A stretch of DNA of 64,000 bases from Klebsormidium nitens (lineage: Eukaryota > Plantae > Klebsormidiophyceae), in assembly GCA_000708835.1 (NCBI GenBank), contig DF237139.1, positions 1 through 64,000 on the forward strand. Reading direction: 5' to 3'. Position numbers and translations under genes: made by a program. The notes beneath the pieces are model-generated. The model was not told the DNA's origin, ran no database searches, and saw only the letters and a program-made list of their open reading frames with translations. Below, one piece after another: positions 9,422-22,161 of the stretch (position 1 is the stretch's first letter; every line of letters starts with the position of its first letter).

Positions 9422-12400
9422 ATGGCCCCTCATTCCTCGGGCCTCCTCTCGGGCGCCCACATGAGCTTAGCTCAGAAAGCGTCGCTGATGAGGTCACCGA
9501 AAGCGCGCATTCGAGGCACAGGGCAGCGGCGCTTGCTCGCACGGGTGGCGGGCATCTTGACTGGGGTACTGACACTTGTTCTGCTACTCTACTTTGATAC
9601 AAGTAGGTCTGACGTGGCGGGAGAAAGTAAATCCAGTTCGAGGAAAAGGGGGCTTCTGGAAAAAGGCGAGCTTCGTGTTACTTTGGCTGGGGGTGGGCAA
9701 AGTCAAACAGGTGGGATTTCTGCGGAGGGGGCAGTGGGCAGTGATTTGGAAGCGGGCGAGCGGGGTTTGCGCACTACTTTTCTGGGGGATTCGAGCAATG
9801 ACGTCGCTCAGGATGTCAGCAGCGTTGATAGAGGTGGTGGTAGTGGAAGGAGCGACTTGCGTGATGGAAAGGTCTCCTCGTCAAGCATCAGCTGGAGCAA
9901 AGGTGGTGGACAGAGAAGCCGTACTCTAGAAGAAGGCAAAGAACACTTACATAGTGATTTTGAGTTGGCGAACGGGCAAGATAAGTCAGCCCCCAGTCTA
10001 GAGTCGGTAGATACAACCAAACCCTCCATAGTTAAGGACATAACCAGCCCAGGTCACGATAATGCCCAAGCGCTTCACGGGGCACGGGGCGAGTCAAACA
10101 TCACCAATTTAAACGTAGAACACCTTTTAAACGCTGACGCACATCTAACCGCAAACGTAGATGCCGCAGCCCCTAGCAACGCGCCATCAAATCCATCCAG
10201 CCGAATCGAACGCATTCGCACTTTCGAGCCTTTCCGCACCGAGTTGAGAGTTTACATGTACGACCTACCCGCAAAGTTCAACTGGGGCCTCCTGAAGCGG
10301 GCCGTCGAGCTGGGTGTGAATGCGTCTGAGCCGTTCAGTGTGAACGGGCCCCCATTTCCAGACTATCAGGGGGGGCTGAGTCACCAGCACAGCCCTGAGT
10401 ATTGGCTGACGATCGACTTGCTCACGGACCCGGCAGCCAAGGTAAGTCGGACGACCTCTTCTTCTTGAGGGGCTTGTTGTTTCTTCTTCTTCTTTTTTTT
10501 CTTTCTTCTTCGTCTTCTTCTTCTTCTTCTTCTTCTCTTTATTTTTTTCCTCTTCTTTTTCATCATTCATAGGAGAAAAACAAGGCATTCCCCTGATTGA
10601 AGAATTGACTCGGGAAGATCTGTTAAGAAAAGCGCGGAAAGATTTGCTACCAATGACTACCACCCATAAGATCGTAGCAGGTGCTTTAAGTGAAGCGACT
10701 GCCCACTTCATCAGAGAAGCGTCTTCACACTACTCGCATCCTTACACATGTACTTGCCTCTAGCCAACCGCTTGACTGACCACTTCATCAAAGAAGCGTC
10801 TTCATACAAGCTGCATCCTACCCACTTACCCCGCCTCAAGTCACCGGTTCGTTTTGTCCATCACAGGAAGCTGGGAGTTCTGTAGTGCGCCGCGTCACCA
10901 ACCCGTCAGAAGCGGACGTCTTCTTTGTTCCGTACTGGGCGAGTCTTGCGTACAACGTGTACATACCAACGCGAGGCGAGTACGCGCAAGAGTTAGAGCT
11001 ACAGGTACGCGAAATTGTGACAGTTACTTCCGTCAAAATGCCGTTGCCGGTTCTTCAACGTTGTTGATCCGGTCTGCGAAAAGGCTGGCGCCAAAATACA
11101 CGGGCTCCTTTGACGGACTACTCAAGCAGAGTTGAAGTCGCCGAGAAGGTTTGCCTTTTGCTTGATCCAGCGCGAGCTCGTCGATCGGCCGCAGAGGCAA
11201 CAGCCCTCAGTGCTTCCCTTTTGCCAGGTCTGAAGACTCTAAGGACGTTCTTATGGGTTGACCAAGACAGGCTGTTGCTCCCTTCCATTCCTCGCGCCAT
11301 GTCCCTTCATTCCTGGGCCCAGCAAGAGCTGATATTTGGCTGCGGTTGCAAGAGCCCTGGAAGCGCTCTCCTTAATCGAAGTGGGCACTCAAAAGACACG
11401 TAACCTCGACATTGATCATCCAAGGCTGCCCATACCAGATCACTTTCACCTCGATTGCCGCTGAAAGTGCAACAAGAGTTGGTCTTTTGGCTGCAGTTGC
11501 GATAGTCTTCGAAGCGTACTCCTCCTTTGAAGTGATCAACCGATAACTAACTAGTCATCAACAATTAGGGCTGGCAACAGTTTCGTACTGACTAACGATT
11601 CTTAATGATCCTGTGGCGCAGCAAGAGTTGGTGGACTGGCTGCTGTCGCAAGAGCTGTGGAAGCGGTCGGGGGGCCGGGACCACCTGCTCGTACTACACC
11701 ATCCAAACGCCATGGCGGCCCTCCGAAGCAGGGTGAGAATACGCTCCCCGGGGCAAAACAAACCTTTCTGCATTGACCTTCTTCTCCTCAGCCACGCCAC
11801 CCGGCCCTCGGACCGGGGTGGGAATACGTCCCCCGGGATCGCATGTTCCTTTTGAGATCAGCTGCCCGGCCTAACCCACTTCAGTGTTCCTTTTGAGATC
11901 AGCTGCTCGGCCTAACCCACTCGGCCTAACCCATGGCGGCTCTCCGAAGCAGGGTGAGGATGCACGGTGCGAAAAGATTCCATTTCAGATCAGCACACTG
12001 TGTGACTCAGCTTCTTCCCAGCTAGTCAACCAAACGAATTGCCCAAAACTCTGCGCATATGAGAAGCCCGTTGTATAGAGATCTTCGGTGGGGAGGTGTG
12101 CGCGGTTGAGGAGGAGGGATTCTTTTTTTCGCCCAGTCTGCAATTACGAACTGTTGTCATTCCCGTTGAAAGTTGCCATCCTTCATACAAACGCTCGCGT
12201 TCATCTTGTGCCGTTTCCCCAGAAGGAGCCACTGGAATGGAGACACGCCTCCTTTTCGAGGAGGATGATGCGACTTTCGTCGTGTTCGCCAACCCTACTA
12301 ATCTTCGGCTCGCGTTATGGGTTGTTGCCAGTCAAGCTCGAAGATCAGAAGGGGACTTGAACAATCTCATTCCCAACTTTTGTTTTCTTCGTTCGTCTGC

Positions 12401-15400
12401 AAAAGTTGCTGACGTCGATTAATCCCGTTAGGCTCGTCGGTCATAAGGGTTTTCGCTCAGAGTCGCGCACTTCGATTCAAATGGTAGATCCTTGACGGAA
12501 TCCAACGTCTGACGTCAGTACGCAGAAAGGGCTGATGAATGCGCGGATGTCAGCGACTGCTTTGCAGCTGTCGGCCGCGATGTGGGTGCTCGCGGACTTT
12601 GCGCGGTACCCCCGAGGAGACGACGGTACTTTCAGTTCTCCTACTTCACGATCATTAGACAAAAAACACTTTAGCAAGCGTCCACAGCGAGTTCTGCTGA
12701 CGTCTTGACTCCCCGTACAGCTGTCTGCGGCGATGTGGGTGCTCGCGGACTTTGCGAGATACCCCCACGAGGAGGCGAATCCAAGATGGAGCAGCTCTGT
12801 TTACATGACGTCAACCTCCTGATTATGCTGACGTCACTCATTCCTGTACAGCTGTCGGCGGCGATGTGGGTGCTCGCGGACTTTGCACGGTACCCCCCCG
12901 AGGAGGCGAACCTGGCGAAGGACGTCATCGCGCCGTACGCGCACATGGCGCCGCGCTACGAGGATGACGTGGACGAGGAGCGCGCGTGGGGCGCGCGCAC
13001 GACGCTGCTCTTCTTCCAAGGCAGCCTTTACAGGAAGCGAGTGAGTATGTTTGTGTCTACACGAGTTCAAAATTACTTGAAGCTTTATACTAGGACGGGT
13101 TGGGTTAATGAGGGGGTTCAGGTGCGAAGCAGTAACTGTTTGTGTATAGCTTTTGGTATTACATTCGTTATTAGTTTGAGCCTGTTGTGACTACTGTAGA
13201 AAAGAGTGTAGCATGTCAGCTGAGCAACCGTCGTGTCTCGTTTTTGATTTTCGTAAAGCGAAGCTTCGCATCCAAGTCTTTGCTTTTACTGGCGACCCTG
13301 TAGCAGGTCGAATGGTTCTTGAACCTAGTAAATCCTGCCTGGCACTTCGGCTTTTTCGCGTTAAACTGACGTCTGGCAATCTGGAAGCTGAGGGAGCTGC
13401 GAGCCTGGTCAGAAACCGGGAAACATCCAGGTTAGGAACCTTTGATTCTGTATGATGCTAGGGGGCCCCGTTCGAGGCCGCCGAGTTTGCGTTTCTTACT
13501 TTTTGGGTAAATACCACACCCGACGTAGGTTGATGACAAACCCGGTGAGACTCCTCGGGGTGCAGAACGCCCTCGTGCTGCTTCCGCGCGTGATCACAGG
13601 AAGCTTTGACTGCTAACCACTCTGATCAACGAACCTGAGCCACACTAGGTTGATTCTTATGTAGCCGCGATTGCACCTTTTCCCAAGGCTGGTTACGGCC
13701 CAAAGGCCGACTAGACAAGAATCACTATTTAAGCAGCCCACAACCAGTCATATCCATCGATGGTTAAGAACCAAAAGCTCCTGTGGATGTTCAGTTGCCT
13801 TTGGGACGCGGACCTGATGTGTTCGACGATAGACGCCTTTCTTGGAGAGAAAACGTTCAGCTTTCTAGTCATGGCTTGTGCTGAGGAGGTTTGCAACCGT
13901 CCAAGCTCAGTCGTTGAGAAGCCCCGGATCCGCGCGCGCAGGACGGCCTGGTGCGCGAGCTGCTCCTGAACGTGCTCAAGAATGAGCCTGACGTCATCGT
14001 CCGGGAGGGCAGCACGGACGCGGACGGCGTCCGGGAGGCGTCCGAGGGCATGCGCAGCGCGCGGTTCTGCCTGCACCCCGGTACGTACCGCGTCTCTCTT
14101 GCGCCGTGCGAACCAGTGCTGGGCTTTGGAACCGGTGGGGCCACTTGTGTTTTTCGGGAAGAGATGGCGTCTCCGCAGAATCTACTAACTGCGCTCGGGT
14201 CCTCGGTTACAAAGGGCGCCCCCCCACGTGGCTCTCCGGCGAGACACATTTCCCGAGACGTGACTAGATGCCGCCGCGAAACTGCGCCCACGTGATTTCC
14301 TGGCGAACCGTCAGCGCGGAGCGGTTGCTCCGGGGCACCGGATTTCCTAAGGCTTTCTTGTAAAGGCTCCGAAACTTTGGCAGAACCTACGCCAAGATTC
14401 TGAACGCATCCACAGAGCTTTGTTGTCCCTCGCTGGCTCTCTGGCCAAGGGTTGCAACAGTCAATAGTCCGATGAGGGCTTTTAGTTACTTCTCGAGATT
14501 GTGATACGAGACGACTCTCCAGTACGATGACTTGAGCTTACAATTGAAGAAAACCGCACAGCTGTCATCGACGCATTCCCTTATCATAGATCCTCAAGTC
14601 CTGGCATCAATCAGTGTGGTCGAGTCCTGGACTCTAGAGCTCAACTTTGGACCCCGCTCTTCCAACCGCCTCTTCCCGAATCTTGAGGCACGGCGTGCCA
14701 TTTGCGATGATCACGGTCTTCGAGTTTCCATCGTTAAAGCTTCATCTTGTAACACCTTTCCTCCCTGCAAAACACAGCGGGCGACACCCCCTCTTCCAAG
14801 CGGCTCTTCGACGCAATCCTCATCCACTGCGTTCCGGTGATCGGTCGTAAGGCATCGATTTCTGTCGTCGAATCTTCAAAAACTTTCTTTCCCGCAAATC
14901 ACAGCCGGCGACACCCCTTCTTCCAACCGGCTCTTCGACGCGATCTTCAGCCACTGCGTCCCGGTGATCGTTAGTGACGCCATCGAGCTGCCATTTGAAG
15001 GCGACCTCGACTACCGCGGCTTCGCCATCTTCGTCGCCTCGCGGAACGCGGTGACGCCCGGGGTTCTGACGGAGTTCCTGCGGAGTATCCCGCGGCGCAT
15101 GTGGGCGCGCATGTGGGCGCGGCTGCACGAGGTGAGACTCTAGAAATCGACCATTCTGCGGACTTGTCAAAGTGGGCGTAGACGTCACGCCGGCGGCGTG
15201 GCCGAAGCGTGACGACGGCACAAGTTGGGCAAGCGAGAATTGTCCGATAGGTCCAACTCGTGCTTTTTTGCCGTCCGATTGGAGATGCACTCGCAAGTGC
15301 ATACGCACACTTTAAGGCTCCTGGTGAAGGATCCTGGGACCTTCTCGTGTGAGCGCCACAGATTGTACGGGATACGCACTTCACTCTTGCTAAGAGGTTC

Positions 15401-16104
15401 ACGGCGCTTTGTTCTTTCTTGAAAAGCATCGCCTAAATCGTTACTCCTTCCTTACCCACGTAGTTGGCGTCCTTTTCTTGTCAACAACACGGCACGAAAG
15501 TTCCGAAGCCGCCGCTTATAAGTCAAACCGTACTCTGAAGAGCAAGAAGATCAGCCGGGATCCTTAGTTAGTATGATTCCTGAGTTGCTCTTCCACGGGT
15601 TCCGCAAGTTTTCTGCATCCGCGGTCCTCACTTTGCCTCCTCAGACCACAAGTCACAACCTTTATCCATGGCTCAACCTCTCATCCACGGAAGGAGATTA
15701 CGTTACCCGCACTGGACGTAGACCGCTTTTCGGACGGTGTGATGCCAGAGAATCATCTACTACCAATAGAATTGCAAACACTCCAGCGGCAAGAAGTGGG
15801 CAGTGTCAGGAAACTTCTCCTTTGAGCTGTTTCATAGATGCGTGTCATGCTATTTCCGCAGGTCGCACCATTCTTTGAGTACGACAACCCGGCCAGTCCG
15901 GCTGGGGCGGTCAACCGGATCTGGAAAGAGGTGGCGCTCAGGCTGCCGTCCCGTCGGTTGGAGATTCACCGGGCGCTTCGGCGGGTGCACCAGACGGACT
16001 TAGAGGGGCTGAGGATGATGGAGCGGCGGCTTCAGCGGATGGATCCGTCCTTTGTGAAGATACAGCGGAAGCGGCTCCCGGCGGAAAGTCCCAGCGGAAC
16101 CTAG
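9422..16104 (+). CDS. ARAD1: Exostosin/GT47 glycosyltransferase, ARAD1-like putative arabinosyltransferase
   Basis: Seven exons give an N-terminal TM, [102 protein letters not shown] and AVNRIW. Orthology to ARAD1 itself is not tested. Confidence 0.9.
10478..10560 (+). repeat. (TTC)n / pyrimidine-rich microsatellite in intron
   Basis: ttcttcttc runs just after the 10441 donor. Confidence 0.9.
11843..11960 (+). repeat. Intronic duplicate of exon 3' end plus donor, with a 38-nt tandem repeat
   Basis: catggcggctctccgaagcagggtgag at 11932 copies the exon end catggcggccctccgaagcagg|gtgag at 11711-11737; gttccttttgagatcagctgc(c/t)cggcctaacccact occurs twice. Confidence 0.9.
12562..12785 (+). repeat. 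Two intronic copies of the acceptor and exon start at 12852
   Basis: cag|ctgtc(g/t)gc(c/g)gcgatgtgggtgctcgcggactttgc begins at 12568, 12721 and 12852 (used). Confidence 0.92.
14650..14850 (+). repeat. Intronic copies of the acceptor and exon start at 14905
   Basis: Copy at 14778 reads AGDTPSSKRLFDAILIHCVPVI; a weaker SSNRLF copy lies near 14652. Confidence 0.85.
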
Positions 16105-18328
16105 CGGGTAAAGCTGCGGCTACTCAGTGGAATTTATGACGGAATATCGGAAGCGGACGCCAGCAGGAAGCCCCGACGGAAGCAAGCTCAGAAACGGTAT
16201 ATTACCGAGCGAGTTCAGAATTGCCTCGTCAGCTTTGAAGCCGGAGTCGATGCGAACGAATTCCTCCAATGGGAACGCACGCTTGAGATCGCTCAAGGCG
16301 AAAGCGAAATCGGAATTGGGGAAATGTCCGCTCGTTAAGTGGGCGCAGAACTGTCAAGCAGATTGCGTCCGAAAATGTGTTGTGAGAACGTCAAGCATTT
16401 TGACGTGGTCCTAAAAATACGTATATCCGAGTCAATCTTCATAATTGAGCGCCTCCGAACGGCGGCCGAGATATCTGTATGCCGTTCGAGCTTTGGTTTG
16501 TGACGAAAAGCGCTCTTGTTCCAACCGGGAGCAGTTGGTTCTGTAACGAGACCGCAACTGGCAGGCATCACACGCGGCCGCGTTTGGCATAGAGCTGGAC
16601 TTCCCTGGAGCCCAGAAGATTCATGAGACTCAGACCCATCTCTGTTTTCGATATCCAGAATGGACGGGACATCGACATCAATGAGTAGCCGTAGTTTGTA
16701 GGTGTATGCTTCGCTGAATGTCAGCGGACGCGCCCGGCCAAAGAAGCTAGCAACGTCCAGCAGCATCATGGTCCATATGACTTTGCATGCATGGGCTGTT
16801 ATGTAAGACCTATCTGTCTGACTGTTATATATGACTTTTCCGAGCATTTTGACTCACTGTTTTGTGATGACGTACTGAGGAATGGAAACGTTACACACGT
16901 AGTCATGCCAGTGATTGAAACGCGCCGGTGGATTTGCGCCCGTACCGTAGTAAATTACATTTATTGATCCGGCCAGCATAATCGATTTCAGGAACTGAGC
17001 ATGCAGTGTCGACATATGCTCGAAGGCGTATGCGGTGTTCCGTTTATTGAGCAGACTCGGTGACGATGACGTTTCGGCGAGAAATGTTACTGTGGCGATT
17101 CCTTAAAAAACACGTGGTTTAAAGAAGAAACTTAATTGTCGCCAGGTATCTGACGACAAACTGATCAAAATGCCCCGCAGAACTTTATGCGCATGATATC
17201 GACAAGCTTTGTGAGCTTTCTGCACTTGCGCAGCATATTCAATGTCGCAGAGGATCTGTTCGCAATTTTAGAATTTGTACTGTGTCTGCGTTGTGTTAAA
17301 CGCATAGTGGTCTAATCAGACCGCCAGAGTTCCTGTCTTAGATTCCTTCAAGACCGGAATCCTGCAAAGATACCAAAATGAAGCGAAAAGGTCAACTTGC
17401 TAGCCCTAGACTGTCTCCGTTGCAAGAGCTCTATGTGTGCGCCATATATACTTTGGTTTCTTTAATGCTCAAGTATGAGTCGTCCTTTTCTTCTGCTTTC
17501 AGAGCCGACGGATCTCATCTCGTGAGGTTGCCGGTTGTCTTTGGAACGGGCTGAAAATTCAGATCATTGATTGACCGGCTGAAGTTGGCAATTCTTGATG
17601 GCCCAATTTCGCATCTCCTGAACCCGAAGTTGTTTTGCAACCCAAAAAGCGGGCTACCAATATCTAATCTGCACACTCCGACTGCCACTAACGCTCCTTG
17701 CTGTGCTGTGAACGCGGGGCTCGATGCATTAACTTGGCAGAAGCACAAAGCGCGTAATCAGAATGAGCTGATTGTAAGATCGAAATCCCAAATAAAATTA
17801 GTTCGCTCTTCAGGAATGATTACCGGCCTTTTCTCAGGACGAACTCCATATACTCAGTCGTGCAGCTGCTTAGAGCTTACCGTGAAGTTCTGCGAGTAAG
17901 CTGTTGCCACCTGTTCTGTCCCACCAGCAGCATTTATCCATTTGCAGAAAATGTTCAAGAACAGAAAAGGTTCAAGCTCGCAAGTGACTGGCGACTGAGA
18001 CGGAAACCTTCGAGTTGAGAAGCTGACGGACTCTATTCCGTTCCGTTCCGAAACCCACAAGCCGTCAGTTTGTGCGTCCCTTATTCGGCCTGCGAGAGAA
18101 TGTTGATGCTGCACCCCATTAGAAGCGGAAAAGCTCGAAGAGGAATATGACGGAATACATTCGTTCCAAGGAGACCCACCTGGCAACTCAAATAGCTGCC
18201 GTTTCATACGTTTCCTTCTCAACCTGCGAGAGATGGTTGAGCTCGCAACCAGCTAACTTTGGATCAGAAAATTCCGAAAGTGAAAAGCTGACGAAAGTCG
18301 AAGCTATTTCAAACCCACCTGGCAGGTT

Positions 18329-19411
18329 TCAGCTAGCCCCTGCTTTGTACGTCCCCTTCTCGACCTGCGACACCGACCGAGACCGCAGCCCCGACGGTTT
18401 CGCCCCGGCCGCCGCTTGTCCCCCTGACGGCGGCACCGGGGGCGCCACAACCGCCTGCGCTGCGACCACCTCCTCCGCAGCGATCCGCTTCTTCTCTAGC
18501 CGCTTGTTCCTTGCGTTCCGCACAACTTCCTCAATGATAATCAACACGAGCAAGCCCCCGATCACCGCGCCGACGATGATCCAGACGCTGATCTTCTTGC
18601 TTTTTGAGCTGGACCCCCCTGAGGTGGTGGCGCTCTGGCCCCCCAACTGCTTCGTGTAGTTGAAGTAAGTGCTGACGCCACCCCCCGGAGGAGGAGGAGG
18701 GAAAACCGTTGAGTCGGTGCTGCCGTCGTCTGAGCCCGAGTCTGAAGGGGTATCGGTATTCGAAGGGGGGGACAAAGAAGCTGGGGGGGTAGGGGCCGGA
18801 GGAGGGGGGGCGTTCGGGATTCCGAGAGCCTTGCATTGCTCGGGGTACTTTGCGCACGTCCATTCGGGCTCGTCGGACGGCGCAGTCGGACCGTATGTGG
18901 AACCCGGAGCCGACACGAGCGGACACGCCAATACGAGAGCGACATTGGCCAAGCAGGGCGGCTGCCCACTCAACCATGTGGAGCAGTGGATCGCAATGTG
19001 CGCCAGCTGGATGCTGACGTCAGCGTCGACCCAGGCGTAAGCGGGCGATACGCCCAACACGTCCTCCCCAATCATGAGGTATTTGTCATGGTAAATGTAG
19101 CCCCACGTGTACTTGGAGGGCGTCCCCGGGGTGACGTCAATCAGCTGGAACGACCAGTCGGGGATTGCGCCATTGGTGCAGGTTTTGTTGACGGGGAATA
19201 TGTTGGCGTCGGCCCCGGACGAGATGTTGAGGGGGCAATAGGTTATGGTGTTGTAGGTGCTGGAGCCACGACCGCCCAGACCTGTTGTGACGCCGTCTTC
19301 GCAAATGCTGGTGGCGGGCGGGAGAGAAGCGGCGAGTAGTAGTAGGAGGAGAGGTTGAAGGGGGAGGAGAGGGCAGACCCAACGGGAGGCTGATCGGAGC
19401 TGCCCCGTCAT
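18329..19411 (-). CDS. Intronless type I membrane protein: signal peptide, Cys-containing ectodomain, Pro-rich stalk, TM, short tail
   Basis: 360-aa ORF with PLLPLQPLLLLLLAASL signal, several Cys, PPPPAPTPPASLSPPS, and TM ISVWIIVGAVIGGLLVLIII followed by a basic segment. Confidence 0.75.
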   Translation of the reverse strand: MTGQLRSASRWVCPLLPLQPLLLLLLAASLPPATSICEDGVTTGLGGRGSSTYNTITYCPLNISSGADANIFPVNKTCTNGAIPDWSFQLIDVTPGTPSKYTWGYIYHDKYLMIGEDVLGVSPAYAWVDADVSIQLAHIAIHCSTWLSGQPPCLANVALVLACPLVSAPGSTYGPTAPSDEPEWTCAKYPEQCKALGIPNAPPPPAPTPPASLSPPSNTDTPSDSGSDDGSTDSTVFPPPPPGGGVSTYFNYTKQLGGQSATTSGGSSSKSKKISVWIIVGAVIGGLLVLIIIEEVVRNARNKRLEKKRIAAEEVVAAQAVVAPPVPPSGGQAAAGAKPSGLRSRSVSQVEKGTYKAGAS

Positions 19412-20743
19412 CGCTTATAATGACCTGCGAGAACTACCTAGGTGAGGAGCTCGAGAAGCATGTCAACTACTTTCAAGAGCACCTGAATCTGCATGAGAGG
19501 CATGCCGTAATCAACAGATCTCAGGTACCAGAGGAGAAGCTATCCTGGTTTTCCAGCAGGTAGCGTGAGCCTGATGTTCAATCAGATACTAGATTCAATG
19601 GCCATGGTTCTGCTTGAGCTTTGAACATTGTAATAGGCGCCCCTCAACGATGCAGAGCTTTGACTAAGTAAATTAACGTCAAGTTCAGGCATTACGGTGA
19701 ATGTGCAGACCCGACTCAGAAGCAAAGCTTTTGCTTCAAACGGCATACCTAACCATAAACATGGTAATAAGGATATTAAGCCACTGAATGCACTCAATTC
19801 CTTCGTTTAACCACTACTAAAACCCTAAGGACAAAATGACCAAATCCACCCTAACCACCAAACTAACCCCAGTACCCGGACTCCTGTACCTTGAGTTCCT
19901 TGTTGCTTACCATGAAAGTTTGTCCCTATCATACGGCCTCCTGTTCAGTGTATTTACCATGTAGGGCTGCGGGAATATATATCTGCGCTGAGAATGCACC
20001 CCTTCTACCTACAGTAATAACCTAGGTACGGCCGCGCAGACGTCACTGAACCTGTGCGGCGCTGTGCCAGTACTGGTGCCAGCAGTAGGGATCACGGTCA
20101 TCACAACGGGAGAATAGGCATGTATAACATATATGTAGAGCCAATCTGACGTAGGTAGATACATACTCTAGGTACCTAGAATACCGTAGGTAGCAGCCGT
20201 GGCCCGCTTCAGGTGCCGTGAAGTAGTGTACAGCAGGCCGAAGTACTCGACCAGGCCAACTTCCACATGATCGGGACGCTTATGATGGTTACTTCCATCG
20301 ACGGTCTATTCTGTGTTTTAAAGATCATCAACCGTCCGATTGATCGGCAGCCATAAATATTGGCAAGATTCTCCACCTGATCCACGTGACCCATGTGACA
20401 TGTGATATAATCTGGACCTCTACTTAAACTCCCAAACCAACCGGGCTTGTATGGCTGACACAGTTTGGCCAGACCAAAAACCATAAGGTCTGCGGATGAC
20501 AAGTTTCAATACCTAGTGTCAATGCAGGGTGGAGCAGCCGGGTAAAACATATCTGGTCGCGCGGGAATATTCAAGGAAGAACAATATGATTCCAAGATTC
20601 TTGGATACGTGGCTACAGAAATGCTCGGGGCCCTGCCCCGACCCAAAGTATTGGGTCCCTAGGGCCAAAGTTGGTTGAATATGCCCCGGACGTCTGTCCC
20701 CGCCCACTGCCACAAATTTCAACTGACGTTAATTGTCATGAGC

Positions 20744-21265
20744 GGTAGACCCTACGGGTGCACGACCTTCAAATTGGACCCGGACGCGGTCCCCGCGGTC
20801 GCGCGAGTTTTCACTCTATGAAAATTTGTCGCACCGTAGACTGTAGACACTTAGCAGAATTCGATCAGACTTGGACAGATTCCAGTCTGCGTTTCAGACC
20901 TGTAAGAAATGCGCCCTTCCCCGGGTGAGCTTGTCAGACCATAGCAGGACTGTTTTCGGCGCTAGGCCTGCCCGGTTGGCCTTCCAGACCTAGCCATCCA
21001 CCGGGCGATTGTTAGGCCTGAAAGAGTGCTCGGTTGACTCTGAAGCCTGCGAGTCCAACCGGGCAGACTTGCCGCCGAAAACATTCATGCTATGGTCTGA
21101 CTAGCTCACCCGGGGAATGGCGCATTTCTTACAGGTCTGAAACGTAGACTGGAATCTGTCCAAGTCTGATCGAATTCTGCTAAGTGTCTACAGTCTACGG
21201 TGCGACAAATTTTCATAGAGTGAAAACTCGCGCGACCGCGGGGTCGTGCACCCGTAGGGTCTACC
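20744..21265. mobile_element. Non-autonomous Mutator (MULE)-like element / MITE
   Basis: About 200-bp near-perfect TIRs beginning GGTAGACCCTACGGGTGCACGACC; exact 9-bp TSD GTCATGAGC at 20735-20743 and 21266-21274; no coding capacity. Confidence 0.9.
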
Positions 21266-22101
21266 GTCATGAGCCTGCAAACAATGCGAATTAGGAAGAC
21301 GGTTCCTTCTTGCAAGTTGCAGTGGTAGCAGCCTGAGGCTGCAGCTGCATTCAACGTTGGTTCAGATCGAGAAGCTTTCAAGGGTGTGAGGATCAGGAGG
21401 GAGGGGAGCGCCTTGCTTGCTTCTTTACCACCTTATATGGCTGTGCTGCTCTACGAAGGCTTTCAATTAAGCAGCACAACGGCTTTTTTGGCGAAGAAGA
21501 GAGCAGATCACAATCGAGCTAAAGTCAGCTGCTCCTCGTTGCGAAGAACACTGGCTTGTCTCGATTCATTGCTTGCAAAGCGGGAGCACCAGGTAGGTTG
21601 CGCCGGACCGGGTGGACGGGTGGGATCAAGTTGAGGGTAGCATGACGCCCTCAATAACGATAGTCCGTACGGACCGATCCGAGTTCCTCGAGCAAGATCT
21701 GGCGGTCCCCCTGAGCCAGCTTTCCAGATCCCATGTGTCAGAGGTTGCCACCTCATCAGCAGGAAGCAACTTGGTGTTGTTGGGAGATGTTGCCACTTGT
21801 GAGCGGGATAGTCTTGCAGTTCCTATTGAGGAGATCAGTGCGGCGGGAACTAGTGGTGCTCAGGAAGGGGCTGGCAGTGAGGAGGTGAATAGAACGTCGA
21901 CGCGGTTGATACGACGGAGGTCAGTGACCTTGACAATCAGACGAGCTATTGACGGTGTTGTTAGCCTGGTGATACATACATTGGCATCTTGTTTGACGGC
22001 CTTCTCAAAACTGCTTCTACACACACACCTTCCACCTCTTGAGAGAGTTAGAAGAACCGAGAGGGTATGCTGATCTGCTTTTTTAAAGGATAAGAAGATC
22101 A

Positions 22102-22161
22102 GCCTAAAGCCTAAAGCCTAAAGCCTAAAGCCTAAAGCCTAAAGCCTAAAGCCTAAAGCCT
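22102..22161 (+). repeat. (GCCTAAA)8 telomere-like heptamer array
   Basis: Eight perfect units plus a partial; the reverse complement is TTTAGGC. Confidence 0.95.

Noticed and set aside
10265-10711. Lys/Glu/Arg-rich minus-strand ORFs
   Set aside because: Antisense translation of the intronic (TTC)n tract.
16335-16847. 170-aa minus-strand ORF downstream of GT47
   Set aside because: No motif, no exon-like GC3 bias and no supporting splice sites.
21612-22073. 153-aa plus-strand ORF upstream of the CREST-like gene
   Set aside because: Could be a 5' exon of that gene, but I could not establish an in-phase splice path or any motif.
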